A stretch of DNA of 51,674 bases, filler included, from Catajapyx aquilonaris (lineage: Eukaryota), in the NCBI GenBank assembly GCA_000934665.2. It is 3 parts of 3 records of this genome, joined end to end, with 100 filler letters (N's around TTAATTAATTAA, not from the genome) between each part and the next. Parts side by side here need not be neighbours in the genome. Positions count along the whole stretch, not along the records: positions 34,529 to 51,674 come from JYFJ02007016.1; 2 more parts are not named here. The stretch is one strand, 5' to 3'. The notes below the pieces were generated by a model. The model was not told the origin of the DNA. It saw only the letters and a list, made by a program, of their open reading frames with translations, and ran no database searches. How positions within the stretch are numbered: the first letter of the stretch is position 1; every line of letters begins with the position of its first letter. Shown here piece after piece: positions 49,275 to 51,674 of this stretch. The translations under genes were made by a program, and so were the position numbers.

Positions 49275-51401
49275 TGTTGTGTTAGGAGGGAGCTAGTGAA
49301 AGACTCGACTAGGCCTTGGAATGTCATCTAACAAGTTTTATCAACAATGACAATACATTACTATGGACACATAGTAACTATGTCTGGAAGTCATAAAGTC
49401 CATCCGGACAGGAGGCCTCACAAGTCGTCCAGAACAAGTCCGGTATGTGTAGGAGTCCTGTGTTGGTCTCACCTCTTCTGGAGTCTGCTGGCCACTCACC
49501 TCCTCTGGAGTCTGGTCGCTCACCTGGTCTCCTGGACGTAAATTGCTTAAAGTGCGAACCCCATGACGGCGATCGTAGTCCATCTTCTGCTTCTCGCGGA
49601 ATTTCTCTTCTTTCTTGCGCAAACTCGCTTCATCTCTAGTAGTGGGGAGAAGAGTTGAGGACAAGGAAGGGAGAGTGCATCTGATCTTCCGCCCCATGCT
49701 CAACTCAGAACTGTGCAGAACTGTGAACATGTCCTTTGTCTTCTTAATCATAGCTTTCACAGCTTTTTCCATTTCCTGAAGACGAGCTTCAGTTTTCTCA
49801 AGTAGAGGTATGCGCCTAGGGCAGGTGAGGTTGAAAGGAACAGCACCAGGCTTGAGTTTGATTTTGTATTCCCCTTTCGCCTTGCCAAGTCCCGTGAACA
49901 GTGTAGGGAGCTCAAGTAGTAGAGGAAGAGAAATCCCCGGTGTGTTCAGAAAGAGGTACTGTACTTCCAGCGTCTCGTTGATTCTCTTGACCAACATCAG
50001 AGCTTGTATGGCTGGTTTTTCCAATAGAGGTGTCTCCAGTCCTCTAACAACGTACGCATTTTCCTCGGTGGCTGCTGCTTTACCCACCATGCGAACTTGT
50101 ATCATGCCCAGTACCTGGAGTCCTCGACGGTCAGGTCCACAGAGATGCTTCCGCGGAGCAAGAAGCGGAAGGGTTTTGAAATGTTACCTGTAGCAACTCT
50201 CTGGTATAGAACCGTGGCATCAGCCCCAGTGTCAATCTTGAAACGGACAAGTGTCTTGTGAACTCGAAGAGTCACGTGCTAAGCCGTGCAATCATGTTCA
50301 GAGTCTACAACTGCACCTAAGAAGTTGGTGTCAGACTCAATTTCGTGAATTTGATTTCTATCGCGGCAAACGCGAGCAAAGTGTCCTTTCTTTTGACATT
50401 TCTTACACGTCGCTTGACGAGCAGGACAGTTCTCCTTGCCATCTGGCCCCCACACCAAAAACAAGCACATTGTTGACCTTTCTCTGTCGTAACATCACCC
50501 TGGCGACGAGGTGTAAAATGCTTCTTTTTCTGTGCCCCCTTGTTTGTGATGTTTAGGAATGCTAACTCGATCAATATTCGGAGTGCTATCCATGCCCCTA
50601 TCCAACTGTTGCCGCTTGATTTCTTCTGACTGGCGAGCCCTGTCCATGGCTTTTTTTAAGAGTTAGGTTGGCATCTAACTGCAACTGTTCTGATAGCCTC
50701 CTATCTCCAAGACCAAGACCCACAACAAGTCGGTCTCTTATTATCTCATCGTGAAGAGCCGCATCGCCACAATTCTCGGCTAGGGCGTGAATGGTTGTGA
50801 TGAATTCATCTACTGACTCAGTATCCCTCTGAACTCGGCTATTGAATCGAGCTCTCTCAAAAATGACATTCCGTCCAATCACAAAATGACCTTCGAATTT
50901 GGCCAAGACCGTATCAAAGTCTTTCAGCTGATAAGTAGTGAGCCCGAATGACAGTAATATGTCATCTGCTGCATCCCCCATGGAGTAAATCAATGTGTTT
51001 ACCTGCTCCTCTCCCGTCTTCTGATGAAGACCTGGGACGAGTCGGAACCGTTCAAAACGTCGGCGCCACCTTGGCCACTCCGACGGTGCAGAAAATGAGA
51101 AGGGCTCTGGGGGAAGAACTTGATAATAGGCTGCCATATTCAAAATGCCTGGCACTCTAGCAACTCCAGCAACAGGATTTGCACTGTCCCCTGCCAGTCA
51201 ACTTGCAACTTCGACGTCTAATGGAGCGATATCCCCGTGACGTTACTCACGATGACCCGGAAACCTTGTACCACTTGTACCGCTGCCACAATGTTGTGTT
51301 AGGAGAGAGCTATTCAAAGACTCGAATGTCATCTAACAAGTTTTATCAACAATGACAATACATTACTATGGACACATCATAGTAACTATACGCCGACAAC
51401 A
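49275..51401 (-). mobile_element. Internally deleted, frameshifted Gypsy (Mag-like) LTR retrotransposon
   Basis: Direct repeats of about 110 bp at 49275-49381 and 51292-51401 (tgttgt...acaaca). Minus-strand PBS ttgtggcagcggt (51279-51291) is tRNA-Leu-like. Coding remnants: gag PEPFSF..WPRWRRRFERF..EEQVNTLIYSMG, zinc knuckle CKKCQKKGHFARVC, protease FKIDTGA, and integrase C-terminus MGRKIRCTLP..KQKMDYDRRH..LRPGDQV. RT and RNase H are missing. Confidence 0.93.
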
Positions 51402-51674
51402 CCTAGTCGACAGTGACATCAACAATGATATTAATATTAAACAGATCTGGCCATCACGAAGACCTACGTAAGCTTTCCGGGACATCTAGAATCTAGATAT
51501 GCCATTTCATGGTTGAGTTTTTCAGGGAAGCAAACAACACGATCTATTTATCTATTTCCTTACTTTGCCAATATAGGGTTCCATGGTTACGCCTGGGACC
51601 TGCTGCGAGTGCCTGACCTTCATTCCAGTTATTTTCCTTTTTGGTCGAGAAGAGATGATCGGGAGAACCGCAAG

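Noticed and set aside
1..51674. CRISPR arrays, rRNA or prokaryotic operons
   Set aside because: No regularly spaced repeats or rRNA-like sequence. Spliceosomal introns and TE content indicate animal nuclear DNA.

Overview
Eukaryotic, most likely arthropod, genomic DNA. The window is three pieces of 17165, 17163 and 17146 bp joined by identical 100-bp spacers (44 N + TTAATTAATTAA + 44 N). They look like size-sorted unplaced contigs, so no linkage across spacers should be assumed. Piece 1 (1-17165) is a chemosensory cluster: an intronless divergent ionotropic receptor followed by three tandem gustatory receptor paralogues. Two of these are complete 4-exon genes. The third carries a SINE in intron 1 and an LTR retroelement in intron 2, and its last two exons are not visible. 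Piece 2 (17266-34428) holds the N-terminal part of a C2H2 zinc-finger/Mutator-like transposase, a 3-exon F-box/LRR gene with a transposon-filled 3.9-kb intron, and an unexplained region of repeated exon-like modules behind a piggyBac-like end. Piece 3 (34529-51674) is mostly non-coding, with a SINE, MITEs, a Tc1/mariner remnant and a deleted Gypsy element inserted inside the target-site duplication (TSD) of a hAT MITE. I see no convincing wholly new biological system. The best leads are the mosaic GR array, the zinc-finger/MULE fusion, the intronic foldback element and the 29-34 kb module region. All family calls come from motifs recognised by eye; no searches were run.
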